Source: Klebsormidium nitens (lineage: Eukaryota; Plantae; Klebsormidiophyceae). Taken from it: a DNA stretch of 50,570 nucleotides. Shown one piece after another: positions 11,862-24,782 of the stretch (within the stretch, counting starts at the first letter, position 1; each line of letters begins with the position of its first letter). A program made the translations under genes and the position numbers. The DNA is taken from contig DF237568.1 in the NCBI GenBank assembly GCA_000708835.1, positions 1 through 50,570 of the forward strand, given 5' to 3'. The notes under the pieces are model-generated. The model was not told the DNA's origin, did not search any database, and worked only from the letters and a program-made list of their open reading frames with translations.

Positions 11862-13615
11862 CGCGCGCGCGCGCAGGGGTAGGCGCGTTTTGATTGGGAC
11901 ACGTGGCGGGCGTAGGCTTGTTTGACGTAAGGGGGGCAGGCTTGTTTGCAGCACCCAGAGGAGCCAAAACTTTGAGAAGCAGCTGAATTGAGACAGCTTA
12001 TAGCGGATGGCTTGGGGCTGCTGTCGAAACCCGCCTTGTGCGCTCGACTCTGCCAGGTTGCTCAAAGATAGAAGCTGAAACCAAAAACAAAAGCTCAGAA
12101 TGTCAGCACCTCTTGCAATGCTCGTGCATGACCCAAGCTTCTGCTTCAAATGTCTTCCATTGCGCTTTGCTCCGTTGTAGTCTTGGCCGCCCTTTGAAGG
12201 TACCCCCTTCGCGCATTCAGTGCTGCCATTTACCCTCTGCCATTTCCTCCTGTCCTCTCCTCGTCCTCCCTCTGCTAAAAGTGCAGCTCATTCACGAGAC
12301 CTCAATTCGACTCGAGAGAGAGTGGTGCGAGTCGAAACCAGAGGGAATTAGGTGTCCGCGACGTGATCTTCGCTGGCAATGATTCGATTCGTGTCAGAAG
12401 CTTCTTTCGCCGCATCGCAAGAGTCGAGTACTTTCTCCGACTCGATTGACCGGACAGTGACAATGCAGGCGACATTCCTCCTTTTCGACGATCCAGAGGC
12501 TCCGCACAGCCCTATGTTTAAATCTCTGTAGTAAGCTTCAAATCCACCTCGAAGACAAAGTGTGGAACTGCAGAGTTTGAAATTCGGGAGCTTAGACACG
12601 CTACTGCCGACGACCCTTGAGGGACGCGCATTCTGAAAGGGCGCCGTAGGAGCGCTGTTTTACCTGTGCAACGAACTCCCCACGGTTGCAACCGTCCCAC
12701 CTCTTCTTTACAGCATCTGCCCTGAGAAGCTCGACCTTTCTGCCGTTTGCATGCCCATCTCCAAAGCGCTTCTTGTGCAAGAGCGTTTCTTATTTCAGCC
12801 TTTCTGAGAGGACAAGCACGGGTTGAGCGAAGATGAAGGAAGAGCAGGGCCAGCCGCGCTTTGCATGGATCGACTGGGACTGGGAGTTTGTGGAGGCGTT
12901 CAAGAAGTCCAAGCTGCTGTGAGGCGACCTTCTTCCGCGTTCACAAATCTGTCTCGTAAACTTCAAGTATTGAAATTGAGGAACATTGAGGGTCAGGTTC
13001 CCAGGGTGTTTGAGTCAAAGGCCAGGTGGGCACTTCTGCTCAAGTTTGATGAAAGAATTGCTCTCAGACGCGGTCGGAGTATTCACTTCATCCTCCGATT
13101 GGACTCTGTCCGTTTCTTCACAAGGCTTCTGGGGGACACGAAAAGCGCTAAATGCCGATGCTTCGCCACGTTTCCTTGAAGCTTGATGCATGCTGGGCAG
13201 TTATCCTACATGCAGTAAGTCACAAGATCCTCGCTGATAACTTTGATTTTGAAAACTTGGACGGAGAAATATTCTTTGCGTGAAGTATTTTGATCAATAC
13301 TATGCGTGTAGACGCGTGCTAAAATAACATCAGCCTTAGTTCAACCGTTTGGGCCTCCCGTTCCAAAATTTGGTACGTCCCAAGAATAGAGTCCGTGCTT
13401 TAACTGGAGGCACACAGATGCCACTCTTGTAAATTTTCAATGTCTCCCACTCTTGAAGTCCCTCTTCTGAATGAACAAGCTAGAATAGCTCCCTCAGATC
13501 AACAGACTACGGAAACCAAGCGGCGAAAGTATTCTGCATTCCAGTATCTTCATCGCTGCTCAGAAATTATCTAAGCATATCGTGCGGTCTGTCTAGTCTT
13601 CGTCATTTTTCGAAA

Positions 13616-15133
13616 ATGTTATACAGCCAACTGACGTCATTCTACAGGGCGGAGAAGGGCGCTCCCCCGGCCGCCACGTCAGCAGTGGCCATCAAGGCCC
13701 CGGTCGACATCGTGGAAACTAGAGTGGCGCACGTGTTCTTCATGGACGTGCCGGGGCTCAAGAAGGATGACGTCGTCGTGCAGATCGAGGACCCGCCCGA
13801 GAAGCGCATCCTCAGCATCAGCGGTACGTTGGCATGACGTCATGGTGGTGGTCAGAAAACAACTTTGGAAAGTGGTAATGTCCATTCGTTTTGGGGCTGA
13901 ATGACTGTGAGTCTGAGTGCAAGGCAATCCTTGCAGCTCGTGACATGTAGAAGGACCGTTCAATGACCTCTGCGTTTGAGCCGGACGGATTTCCCTACAC
14001 TGAAACCTTCTCCGTACAACAATTTTGTTTTCTCTGCCTGTCTTAAAAGTTGACGGCCGAAATGAGTCCTGCTCGCTTGAATTTCTAGTCGGTCGTGTCA
14101 TCCTGCATTCCTCTGGGAACGATGGGGACATCGAGTTCCGTTAAGTTCCCTTATGGAGCGCGTCCAACTCAAATGAGACCCTCACGCGAGGAATCCCAGT
14201 CTGTAGCAAGTCCGAACACAGCCCGGACTCTGAAGGGAGGGTTATAGTTGCATCTCCGAAATATTCATTCTTTTCTCTAAAACGTGGGCTGTCAAAGTAC
14301 TGGCTGACTTTACTAGACTTCGCCTTAACGGAGGCCAAAGACAGCCACTTCAGGATGGTTGAAAAGTATTCTCCTGCGAGATCGGCGGGCTTGGACTTGA
14401 TTCAACCCTGAGTTGGTTCCGCGCATTCCAGGGGAAGGATTCCGTCCGGTGATCGACAAGCCGTTCGAGGTGCACCGCGCGGAACGGCCGCTGGTGGGCG
14501 CCTTCACGCGCCGCTTCCACCTCCCGGAGAATGTCAACCTGGTGAGCGCCGGTTTGCTACTAACCCGCGTGGTTTATTGCGGCATCTCACTCCTTCCTTC
14601 AAGTTTGACAACAATGCGACCCATCGGTGACGCAAATCTGCACAATTCAAAGAACGGTTGAGCCGTTCGTCTCTTGTTCTGTCCGAACTATGTCTGGTAC
14701 AATCCGGTGACCTCGGATCTTGAGAATTCCACATTCAACCATCTCTTGACCACTGGTGACTCAAGCCTGTGAACTTCAGGCTAAGACGGTCGTTTCGTTT
14801 CTCGTTCAGTCATAGTCAAATATGCTACAATCCGTCGAACTTTGTCAAATCCTGACTCTCTAGAAAGACTTCAGAAACCACGACCACGGTCGTAAACGGA
14901 ACGGTAGCTAACCGGAGCGAAGCTATAGAGCGCCTTTTCTGTCTCTATTTGCTACGCTGATTAGATACAAGGTACGACTTGGGTGCTTTTTGATGCAGGA
15001 CGCGATCCGCGCGCGCGTGGAGGACGGTCTGCTGACGGTGCTGGTGCCCAAGCGGAGGCAGGAGGAGCCCGCCGCGACGCGCGAGAACAAGGGGGCCAAG
15101 GCCGAGGACCAGCAGCGATTCCGGGCCAAGTGA
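13616..15133 (+). CDS. HSP20: Small heat-shock protein (alpha-crystallin/HSP20 domain); 3 exons, 150 aa
   Basis: Exons 13616-13823, 14432-14541, 14999-15133 are phase-compatible. Motifs PVDIVET..HVFFMDVPGLKKDDVVVQIE, AERPLVGAFTRRFHLPENVNL, IRARVEDGLLTVLVPK. Confidence 0.9.
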
Positions 15134-16760
15134 AGGGAGCGGAACAGCGGACAAACGGTTGGCCTAAGTCTCTTGTCGGTCTAATGTCTAGTCAAGGGCG
15201 GTCCAAGATGGTTGTATGTAAGAAAAAAAGGGAGAGGCTGGAAGCCTGTTTCGACGGCGTGGGCTCGGTCTGTAAGGGTCCAATCTGTTCAGCGAACCCA
15301 ATCACCGACTCATGGGCGATTGTCATTCTTCTGAGTTGGCCTGCAAGCATTGCATTCTGTTGCATCGACGGCCGTCTTGCAACCAAGCCCTCTGGTCAGT
15401 ACAAAGGAGTCACTTCGTAATATGAGATACGACTTTCTTTGACACGACAGACTGGATGCCGCATTTGACGCTGTGATGCGTCCTTCTGCGAGGCTGCTGC
15501 ACATACTTGATGCTGTTATCAAGGCTCTCGGAACCGCCCGCAACTTCAGCCGTCGCTGCGCATGGCAGAGCGTGCAACGGTGGCCGCCCCATTCGCCTTT
15601 TCCACAAACGGCCTGGTGCATTACCATAGAAACTTGTATAATCCCGTCGGCAGCATGTTGAATTGAATGCAACCAACATCGAGGCGCTCATTCGGTCGGC
15701 AGCTAGAATTGCTGGCGCGTGACGCAGATTGTACGTCAAGACGTTTTCGATCATCATGAATCGATGCATGATGCAATCATGCATGCTCCAGCAGATGGGA
15801 TTCAATAACCCACGGCGATCTGTATTGCCGCTCATGAAACAGCTTGTATACCGTTGTGCCGTCGGATCAAGCTTTAGCTTATGTAAGCGCGGTATCTTGC
15901 ATTCGCGATATCTATGCCAATGCACGCGCGCCATGCCAGTATTTGTTGTGGTATACTGTGGTAGCTAGGATAATCATGCGGATCGATGCGGGGCGCCAGG
16001 TAGACCTTATTTTTGGGTAAAATATAGACATCACCGGCCCAGAGAAGCTCTGACATGCAGCGCAATCGACCATGGCGGCTAGCCTAGTAGCTAGGATCTA
16101 TCAAAGTAATTGTCGGTAGCGAACCGTTGAACCAGCTTGAGATATGGCATCCGCCACTTGATCGTGTGAAAAAAATCGTTCACCGTGACGGAAGCTAGCA
16201 TGTCTTGCAAGACCTGCACATTTGATGCATGTCAGGCAATCTGCAATCGCGCCAAGAACTCGATGGCTAAGGTCAATGAGATCGAACAAATCCTCTGTAA
16301 GCCTGACGTTAGTAATGATAAACTAATCCACAGAAGGTGGTTTGAAATCGATGGTAAACGTTGCTATTTTCGCAGCTTCATGCCGCCTACTCCCTCAACT
16401 GGCTCGACATGCTTCTAGCCACTTCGGCTTCCCTGGTCCCTTCAGAATACTTGGAATTGGGAGCTTTTTCAGGCTCCACCCTTACAGCGAGCTACTTCAG
16501 ACTCTCAATCAATTCACAAGTAGGACGGCACAAAACGAACTGCAGTATCACTGTAAGGCTTAAAGCCAGAACTTGGGAGTAGCAGCGTTCTATTGTCGCC
16601 CATTTCTTCGCCCCTGAGGTGCGCCGTCAAGAGCAAATCCTACTGAACGAGCCTCCTGCCCTAAAACAATCAACTAGTCGCCCGCACGCCTGATCAGACC
16701 AGTGTCTCCTAAGTCGGCTGACAAACGCTACCAATTCACATGTCACATGCCTCCCTCAAA

Positions 16761-19700
16761 TCACATTGGGGACCGCCGGGGGGGTGCCCCACGAGGCTGC
16801 CATTGTGGCCCGCCATACCCCCTCCGTCCGCCCGCGTTGCTGTGCAACCCCCCCGAATGAGCGTTCCCTGGCTTCTCCCCATCAGCTTCGTAGATGCCCG
16901 GCTTGCGCACGTCCCCCGAGTTCTGGAACCCCCCCCTCCGCGCCGTGCCCCCCTGCGGCCCCCGCTTCTGGTACCCCCCAAAGCCCGCGCTCGGGTCCAT
17001 CTCCTCTCTGGAATCCGCACCCCACCCAGTGGCCTGCATCGGCGGGTCCCGTGCTGACGTGGCATGGAACGCGGGCGTTCGGTCCTGAGGCCCGGGAGTC
17101 CTGCTCAAACCGCCGGGCGCCACGTGTGCATCCTTGCACCGAGTCCCGAACTTGCAGTTCCCCCTCTGGAAGAATCGGCACGGCCGCTGACCCACCCCGC
17201 CTGCAACCGGGCTCCCGCTGCCGTTGCTGGCGTTTGAGTAAGAGTCGCTGCCCCGCTGCCACGTGCGCCCGAAGCCCTCAAACCCTTGGCCCCCCTTGCC
17301 TTGCCGCGGACCCTCGAACTGCTGCTGCCGATTGTACGCGCCATCGTCATGCTGGCCGTTCTGTGGGCCGCCGTTCTCCCCTCCCCACCCCGTCGCCTGC
17401 TTCTGCTGCGCCTCTCCACCTCCCCAGGACGAGTACTCCGACGCAGAGCCCCCCTGCGCACGCCCCTCATGCTCGCCGTAACCGCCGTTGGCCGCCGGGT
17501 TCTGGTAAGCGCCTCCGTCAGCAAATCCGCCGCCGTTGGCGTACCCCCCCGCGCCGCCATACTCACTCGCCGCCCCCCCTACTGGCTGCTGCTCTTCCTC
17601 ACCCCCCCAACCGGTGGGGATCGCAGTCCACCCCTGCTGGCTCTCCTGCGGTGCGTTTTGCCACCCCTCCCCGTCTTGATAGCCATTCCCGTAGCCGCTA
17701 TCCTGCTCTGTACCACCAAACGCCGCAGCCTGAGCGCTGCTCTCGCCGCCCTCTCCCTCCTGGTAATACGCATCTGCCTGCGGTTCCAAATCGCTGCCGA
17801 GGGTCTGTTCGACTGCGTCGTATGCCGCTCCTGGGGGGGGGTACTCGTCCACATTTTCGGCCCCGTTTGCGTCGGCCCGCTCATTGACCCAGTATTCGCT
17901 GTCGCCTTGCCGAATGGGCTGCGTGACCGACGTGTCGGGCGGAGAAGGGGTGTCGCTCGACGGGGTGTACTGGCCCGACGAGTGAAGCCCTGCAAAAGCA
18001 AGCACGAAAAGGTATCAACGGCTTGAAAAACTGGACCCAGAGGGCACGGTTCCAAGGACGTTGGCGTTCGAAACGAAAGCCGGTAAGGTTCAGAGGGCTG
18101 GGGATACTCGCTGATTGTAACGAACGTTTCGTCGGACAATTGAAGGGAACGCCTGCTAAAGGCCGGCTCTGAAGGGCATGTTGATTCTGTACCTGGCTCC
18201 TCCTTTTGATCCTTCTGCATCTTGTTTGACGCCTTCCATTGCAGGCAGCCAAGCGCAATGCGGCACGCAACTATTGCTGGTGAACAGATGGCCAGACTAA
18301 GGCGCCACAACGGCAGCGAATTAGGAAGCAGCAACATTCACAAGGTACGCCAATCTCATCTAAAGAGAACTTCCGATCAAGCGACCACAGACAGAAGCAT
18401 CTCCTCAAAAACCTGAACCAAGCAGCCAATCTCACCTGACGCTTGCCCTGCGCCTGCATATTGCCCCTGCCACCCGTACTGGTGTGCGCCCATCTCCTGC
18501 TGGCCCCCGTACATTTGCTGTGGGGCCCCCTGCTGCCGCGCAAACTGCCCCACGCCCCCCTGCTGCGTGGCAAACTGCCCCACCCCCCCCTGCGGGTACG
18601 TCTGACTGGTCCCCCCAAACCCGCTCGAGAACGGTGGAGGGCCCGCACTGCCCTGGTACCCCGGCTGACTGGCTGGGTACATGGCGGCTGGCTGCTTATA
18701 CCCCTGCGGCGCACTGTTGGATGAGTAGTACCCAGGATAAGCGGTCGGCAGGGGCTGCTGCTGGGGGGGGTATTGAGTCGAAGGGTAGACCTGGGAGGTG
18801 GGGTATAATTGCGGAGGGGGTCCAGCGGACGGGGGGGTCGCCTGGACACGAGAGTCGGAGGCATAGCTGCTCGGGTACCCCCCATAAGCGGACAGCTGGG
18901 GTTGCAAGAAGGGGGGGGGGGCGGGCTGGACTGGTAGCTCCCGGCGCTTTGCCCCGGGTACTGCTGTGGCAGCGAGTAGGCGTCGTGCTGACCGTACTGG
19001 GGGGTTTGACTCTTGGCCGGGTACTCGTGAGTGAACTGAGGGGGGGTGGTGTAAGTTTGGACTGGCGCCGGGGGTTCCTCTTGAGGGGGGGAGGTACGGC
19101 CGAGGCTGAGCTGGCGGATCACCTGCATGGGGTCAATTGGAATGCTCTCCTGACCCCCATGAACGGAGAAAGTGGTTGTGGTTGCGTCACTCGATTCGTG
19201 GCTCTGACCCCACGTCTCCCTAAGGATGTCCGCCTCCGTCCGCATGGCGGGCATGCCGTTGGGTTGTTGGAGACCCGCCGTTTGTTTGAGGGGTTGGTAG
19301 GGGGCGTATCTGGGTGGTGGACGGTGAATTTTCTCAGACGGCACGTGGACGTCGGGAGAACCGTCGCTGGCGGCAGAGACTGCCTCCAGGGGGGACGTGG
19401 GGGAGGCGCGGTGCTCCTGCTCCGCACGGGACTGCACGCACAAAAAGTTAAAGAGTCGATAAGGACTCTGATGGAGCACGATGCAAAGATCAACGGAATT
19501 TTAAAGTCTTCGGAGATTGGGAGGGTCGTGTCAGTACTGATTGAAAAAACAGAAAGCTTTGTGAACTTGAGTTCCCTTAAGGAGAACACGCAAGAACGCC
19601 GTAAACAGATCTCGGGTCAAAAAAATACCGGTACGTTATCCTTCTACCCTGCTCAAATCATGCCCGTTACCATTACGGAATATCACAGCTAACGTTGAGA

Positions 19701-22700
19701 ACTTTATCGTTGTCACGCTACTTCGACGAGCCTGAACCCTTCACCCCAAATCCAAGCACTCCGACCGCAGATAACAATCAAGCTGATTCTCAAATGCTTT
19801 GGAGGGCAGACTAGCAAATAGACCTCGTCGGCTCACCGCAATCTCCGCAAGAATCGAGTTGATGTCGAACTCCGAGCCCGCCTCCTCCTTCTGCTGCGTC
19901 TGCTGTGCCTGCTTCCGCTCCTCTCTTTGCCGCTCCTCCTCTCGCAGCATCTCCGCCTCACGCTCTCTCTCCTCAAACTCCGCGTCATCCACCATGCCCT
20001 CACCCGGCACATCCTCCCACTCCCCGGGGGCCTCGTCCCCAGCCGATCCACCCCCCCACTCCGACGACCCGGCCGCAAATTCGGCCCCCGGCCAGCCCTG
20101 CGCCTCGTCGAGCCCGGCGACCCCTCCACCCCCCCTCCGCCTCCGCCGGGGCGCCTTCTTCCCTCCAGTCCCCGCAAGCTTCGCCTTCTGCAGCAAAGCG
20201 TCCTCCGCGCGCCTGCGGCGCTCCGCCTCGATCCGCTCCGCCTCCTCCTTCTTGCGCTTCTGCTCGTCGGCCTTGCGCCGCTGGTCCTCGTCGAGGCGCC
20301 GTCCCGCCTTTACCCTGTCCTGCTCCATCTTCCACACCGCTTCCACTGCAGGATCCAGCGGCTCGCTCGCCGCGGGCCCATTGTCGGCGCCGTCAAACCC
20401 GGTGGGCTGCTCGACAAACCCGGTCGGTTGTTCGACAAACCCTGTGGGCTGCTCGACAAAAGCTGAAGCAGGCGCATGTGCGCCAAACCCTCGCTGCCCA
20501 AAGCCAGCGGGCTGGGTCTCAGAGGGCGAGTGCAGCGGTTGTGATGGGGAAGAGAACGGTGGTCCCGAGACGCCCAGGTCAGGCTGACGTTGAGTTGACG
20601 GGGAAGGAGGCATGGGGGCTGCCGCAGCTGTCGCCGCTGCTGCCGCTGCGGTTGTTGCGTAAGCAGTTCCATTCGGCCGGGCGAAGGCAGAGCCGGGCGC
20701 CTGACGAGCTCCGACTTGACGCGACTGCAGGACAAGAAATCGCATCAACTGGTGTGACAAGCGTCCACTCGAAGACGGAACTTGTCCACACGCCTTTTTG
20801 TGGAGATAAGAATCATGGAAAACACCATAGAAAAGAGAAACTTGCCAGAGGCCGGACGCAGGTCACCGCAGCACTGCTACACACACGAAATGGGAGGTGA
20901 GCAGAAGCCACTTTCTACGTAAGTACCCTGGAAGACAATTGACAAATTTCAACCTGTGCGACAGAACTCAAACCTGCATGCAACCAATACTCTTTCGCCA
21001 GATCACTACAGGTCCCACGGGAGACCGACCTGACTCCTGTCAATTTGGACCCCACAGAAGAACGCTCCACTCACCGCCGCTCGCTTGGCCTCCTCTTGCT
21101 GCTGCTTGGCCCGCTGCTGCCGCTGGTACGCCTCGATGCGCGCCAGCCGCTCCTCCTCCGCCTGCAGCCGCAGCGCCATCGCGCGGTCCTCGTCCTCGAT
21201 GCGCTTCTTCTCCTCCATCTCCGCCATCATCCGCTCGTATGCCACCTTCTCCGCGCGCTTGCGGGCCGCCTCCTCGCGGCTCTTCTTCTTCCGCGCCTCC
21301 TTCTCCTTTTCTTCCTCCTTCTCTCTTGCAATCTCCTCCGGAGTCTTCTGCTTTACGGGGGCAGTCTCCACCTTCGGCGCAGCTTTGGGCTTCACCTCTG
21401 GGGGCGGGGTCACTACCTTTGCAGCACCGTTGACAGCTGGCGCCACGGGAGTGGGCGCCGCACGGGGCGCTGTGGAGGCTTTTGCGGAGACTCGGGGTAC
21501 TTCGCTCTCCGGCTCCACTTCGTCGCCGTTGGTTTCAGGAGGCAGGTCCCTGGTCTTGACGGCCTTCTTGACTTTGGGCGGCTCAGAGTCGGGCTTGAGG
21601 GCAGCAAACGGGTTGGAGGATGCGGGAGATCCTGACAAGAACACAGACGAATGTCAGCAATCTGAACATGTTCAATCGTCCAGTTGCCGTCACATCTACT
21701 ATAGAGTTCAGATGGGGCGACAAACTTCAGATGGGGCAAAACAGGAGGCTGCAACAATCTCTGCATGCAATTCAAACCAACCAAGAACAGACTCACCAGG
21801 ACGGGTGATGGCCAACAAGCCAGTAATATGCCCACCAGCATCCACGTACAGCAAAACATTCTCTTACGACTTTGGCAGGCAAGGCCCGAAAGGGAACGCA
21901 GACTCCTACGATAACATCAGCCATCTTGCCATCTCGTCAGTGAACCAACTGCTGACTTCAACAGCAAGCCAATCGCCACATAAAGCGAAGGCAACAGCCA
22001 AGCTTACCTTCAGCCTCGTCTTCGTCCCCAGCCTTCCCCAACCCTCGCTTCCGCATCGGCTTCGGCTGCTGCACCTTCTTCTTCTCGCGCCGAGCCGCCG
22101 CTTCTGCCGCCATGGCGTCTGCGTGCGCCTGCGCCGCCGCCTCTGCCTGCTCCTTAGCCTTGGCCTTGTCCCGCCGACTCTGCTCCTCGCGACGCCGCCG
22201 CTCTTGCTCCTCCTGGTGGACAGATGGCGCAAAAAGGTGCTGAGATTCGAGCTTGAGAACAGCCTTTACAGTCTCCTTGAGGAAAAAATGTAGCATCAAA
22301 GGTTGAGGAAAGCGCAGCTTGTAAGACGAAGCAAGCAAAGGAAACAGTGGATTGCCTTTTCTACAACATTCTAATGGAAAGGTCATGGGCAAAGGCGGAA
22401 CAAAGAACCAACGGACACCAACTGAATTCCTTGTACCCAGATCTCGAGAGCTTCCATTTCACCAGAGTCTCTAGGGCATGTCCGTGATCGCCCCATTTGG
22501 TTGACCAAGTGTTAGGAGGAAGCCTGCTCCTCCTGAAACAAGTTTCGACCGTGATGCTCAAAGCTTACACCCCAACCAACATTCGCACCTTCTCCTTTGC
22601 AAGAGCCTCCTCTTTCTCGCGCGCCTCCTGCTCCTCCCGCTCTTTCGCCCCCGCCACTTGGCGCTCCTTCTGCCTAGCCTTCTCCTCCCTCTTCTGCCGC

Positions 22701-24782
22701 TTCAGAGCCTCCGCCGCCTCGTGCTTCGCCTTTATTTCCGCCTTGCGCCGTGCCTCCTGCTCTTCTCTCCTCTTCTGATTAGCCTGCAGAAAGTACGATA
22801 CAAAAGATGGTCACCAAACCGGAAACTAACATGCTGCCATCAGAATCATTTGACCGAACCAGTTTATTCAAGTGATGCCCTCTAGATGCTGAGAAACGTC
22901 AGATAGATAAGCCTGCAAATTCCCCCAGCAACTATCAAAGTATGTCATGACTGCTCGCCAATCATTCCCTGCCTACCTCGTCTTCTCTCTTCTTCCTCTC
23001 AGCAGCCTCCGCCTGTTTGCGCTGTGCCTCCTGCTGCCTCTTCTGAGCCGCCTCCTGCCTCCTCTGCTCCTCCGCCCTCCTCTGCTCCCCTCGGCGGTAC
23101 CGCCAATTCTCATCCTCCTCTTCCGAGTCCGTCTCGTACTCCGAGTCGCTGTCAGACCGGGACATTGTAGGGACGAACACAAATCCTGGGCCTCTCCCCA
23201 TGCCTCCAAAGTGCACATGCGGGCCACCGCCGAAAGAGCTCCTGCCGAAAGAGCCCCCAGCATGCGAGGGGCCGCCGCCACCAAACACCCCGCCCCCAAA
23301 GCCTCCTCCAAAGGGACTGCGACGGGCGGCAGCCTGGCGAGCGAATAATTTTGACAGCCTGTACAGAGACAGAAATGAGTTGTTTTTAAAATCGACGATG
23401 CCTTGACCAAAAACAGTTCTGCTCCATGTTCAGACCTGGCGCCATAAACACTTTCCAACTCTCATGAGTGCTGGAACACGTATGTGACAAGAAGAAGTCC
23501 CCAAACTGCAAAGCGCACTTTTGAGATGTAAGATAACTTTTCCATCACAAGATCCCACTTTTGGAGCGTGCCCCAGGACCTTGAATCAGACCTACTCTGC
23601 AACAATCATGGGAGAGATGCTCACAAGTCCATGAACTGCTCGAACGGCACAATGTCGTCGTCATCATCCCACTCGATCTCGTCCTCGCTGTCAGGCTGCT
23701 GCATGCGCTTGTGTGCCGCATTGATCTCCTTGAACTTCTCCGTAGCCTCCGGTGATTTGTTCTTGTCAGGGTGCCAGACCAGCGCGAGCTTCTTGAAAGC
23801 GGTTCGAATCTGCAACATACAAACTTGTCAAGATTGCCATTCTCTCAGACCTCCCCGGGACAATGCCCTCCATACTATTGACAATTACAAACCACCAAAA
23901 GGAAGATTGTCTTTGTGCCACCTTCAGCAAAAGAAGCTGTCAATCGGCTGCAAAATCACTCTCACAAGCAAGAAAAACCCCACAACCTTTGAAAAGATGA
24001 TCCTCCAACATGCAAGGAAAAGCTGCGGAGCCCCACAACAGATACAATTATAGTCCCGATAAAACACCAAGACAATGAACGATGAACACTGAAAACTCGA
24101 ACGCAACTGTCAGCAAAGAAATGTGGCACTGTTCCAGAATGAAGACTGGCATCGACGCCCAAGCTTAACATGAAAACCACACTCCATAATTTCAGACTGA
24201 ACACAAGGACAAACGAATTTGAAAATCAGAATGGGAACCCTCAAAATCGCCATCTCTGAGTGTGCAAAGTAAAACCCCTAGGTTGTTCGACCCCACTGCT
24301 TGCTTGATTGACTCCAGCAAACCCTAAATTGTGCAGATAACAGGTGATGCTTAGGTTGTGCAAAGAAAATGAATGCTTTCTCACGCTCTAGCTTCGGAAA
24401 GCTGGAAAGATGCGGAGCTCGAATAAAGGGAGGCTCGAAAAGAGCCGACAGGATGCGAAGCTAGCATAGGGGTTGGTAGTGAATGTTCCAAGCCAATCTG
24501 TGGTTACCTGCATTCCTCACCAGAGTTGCTGCAATGAGACTGTCTATTCGTCCCATTCAAATCAGACCAGGCAAATGATAAGATACAGACAAACTGTTGG
24601 TAATCGACCTTCCTCCAGTGGTTGGACGGGCAATGAGATACCGACGCATCAAAATCCCCTTAGCAGGTCATGAGTTCAAAAGCATCAGGAACAACACAGA
24701 ATCAGACCCTCACCTCTGTTTCTTCTGCATCCTCAGACACCCCCAAAACTGCTGCCGCCCTCGTTTTGGTAAGGCCCACCAT
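16761..24782 (-). CDS. Large J-domain (DnaJ) protein with coiled-coil, low-complexity regions and a C-terminal CCCH zinc finger; 9 exons, ~1568 aa if one C is added at the G11 run
   Basis: Exons 24782-24714, 23809-23625, 23358-22977, 22783-22589, 22212-22008, 21631-21075, 20724-19837, 19431-18436, 17989-16761. J-domain VLGVSEDAEETE|IRTAFKKLALVWHPDKNKS has an intact HPD and is followed by a G/F-rich segment. Zinc finger CRFFQRGNCKFGTRCKDAH (C-x7-C-x5-C-x3-H) at 17124-17180. All junctions are phase-compatible except exon 8, which is 1 nt short. Confidence 0.72.

Noticed and set aside
12823-13179. 118-aa + ORF as an extra sHSP exon or separate gene
   Set aside because: GTG/TTG-type start, no recognisable motif, and no convincing splice link.
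13180-13615. Heat-shock elements upstream of the sHSP
   Set aside because: GAA/TTC words are present but not in canonical nGAAnnTTCnnGAAn spacing.
18271-18910. C-terminal half of the 402-aa minus ORF as real protein
   Set aside because: After the G11 run the composition becomes shadow-like, while the alternate frame is P/Q/Y/G-rich and fits the downstream splice phase.
16766-22293. Long + strand ORFs (373, 246, 402, 262, 331, 402 aa)
   Set aside because: Antisense shadows of GC-rich low-complexity exons of the J/CCCH gene, with no domain motifs or splice logic.
23801-23810. tRNA T-loop-like GGTTCGAATC
   Set aside because: It lies in the J-domain exon and no cloverleaf can be formed around it.
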